Assembly (NCBI GenBank): GCA_000934665.2
Contig: JYFJ02002310.1
Span: 1-59,867, forward strand
Source: Catajapyx aquilonaris
Lineage: Eukaryota
Direction of reading: 5' to 3'
Length of the DNA stretch: 59,867 bases
The position numbers and the translations under genes were made by a program. The notes beneath the pieces are model-generated. The model searched no databases, had not been told where the DNA came from, and saw only the letters and a program-made list of their open reading frames with translations. Numbering within the stretch: the first letter of the stretch is position 1; each line of letters opens with the position of its first letter. Shown piece after piece: positions 59,460 to 59,867 of the stretch.

Positions 59460-59867
59460 GCGACCGGTTTTTTCCTAACCCCAATCACCCATGGCAAATT
59501 CATGACTTGACATGCTTAATCACAGAGTGGAAAGCAAAATGACTCAGAATGCATTACATATAGTGTTCAACCCTTCCCGTAATTGATAAGTATAGCTTAT
59601 TAATTTTTCAATCTTCCGATTTTTAAATTACATTATCAAGAACAACTACAGGGGGCGGCCGCGAGATGCAATAAATATTTCTCAAAGACAATAATAGGAA
59701 ATAAAGGCGAGATCACAAAGAAAATCGAAATTTCGAGCGGTTGATATACACTACAGGCAGAAAATGTATTACAATATAGTGTAATTTTTTTACATGTAAT
59801 AAAATGAAGGAGAGAACAGAAGAAAAAATGCAATTTATTTTTAAGCGTCATGCGGGGAGAGGGGGGG

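Noticed and set aside
1..59867. CRISPR array, rRNA, operon-like or viral system
   Set aside because: No regularly spaced repeat-spacer array, no rRNA similarity and no long intronless ORFs; the sequence is spliceosomal-intron eukaryotic DNA.

Overview
Eukaryotic, AT-rich animal genomic DNA. It is probably arthropod, inferred from an insect-type SINE body and short introns; the organism cannot be determined from the sequence alone. Two spliced minus-strand genes can be rebuilt by hand. The first is a CCDC169/DUF4600-like coiled-coil gene (6 coding exons, 44796->42177, ~284 aa, with a long Gly/Ala/Asn/acidic C-terminal tail). The second is a strongly diverged CFAP20/BUG22 paralogue (3 exons, 56245->55054, 207 aa, ~56% identical to the human sequence as I recall it, with an N-terminal extension). 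The first ~41 kb has no recognisable coding exon. The window is dense in non-autonomous DNA transposons with visible TIRs/TSDs (Tc1/mariner-pogo, hAT, PIF/Harbinger, piggyBac-like, Sola-like), tRNA-derived SINEs, isolated hairpins and microsatellites. No transposase ORF, CRISPR array, rRNA or intact tRNA was seen. The most unusual structures are two different Harbinger-like elements inserted back-to-back sharing one TCA target, an ATAT-flanked piggyBac-like family with a 48-bp perfect-palindrome derivative, nested element stacks, and clusters of YY1/Pho-type motifs. I did not find anything I can support as a wholly new biological system. All family assignments rest on recalled consensus sequences, not database searches.
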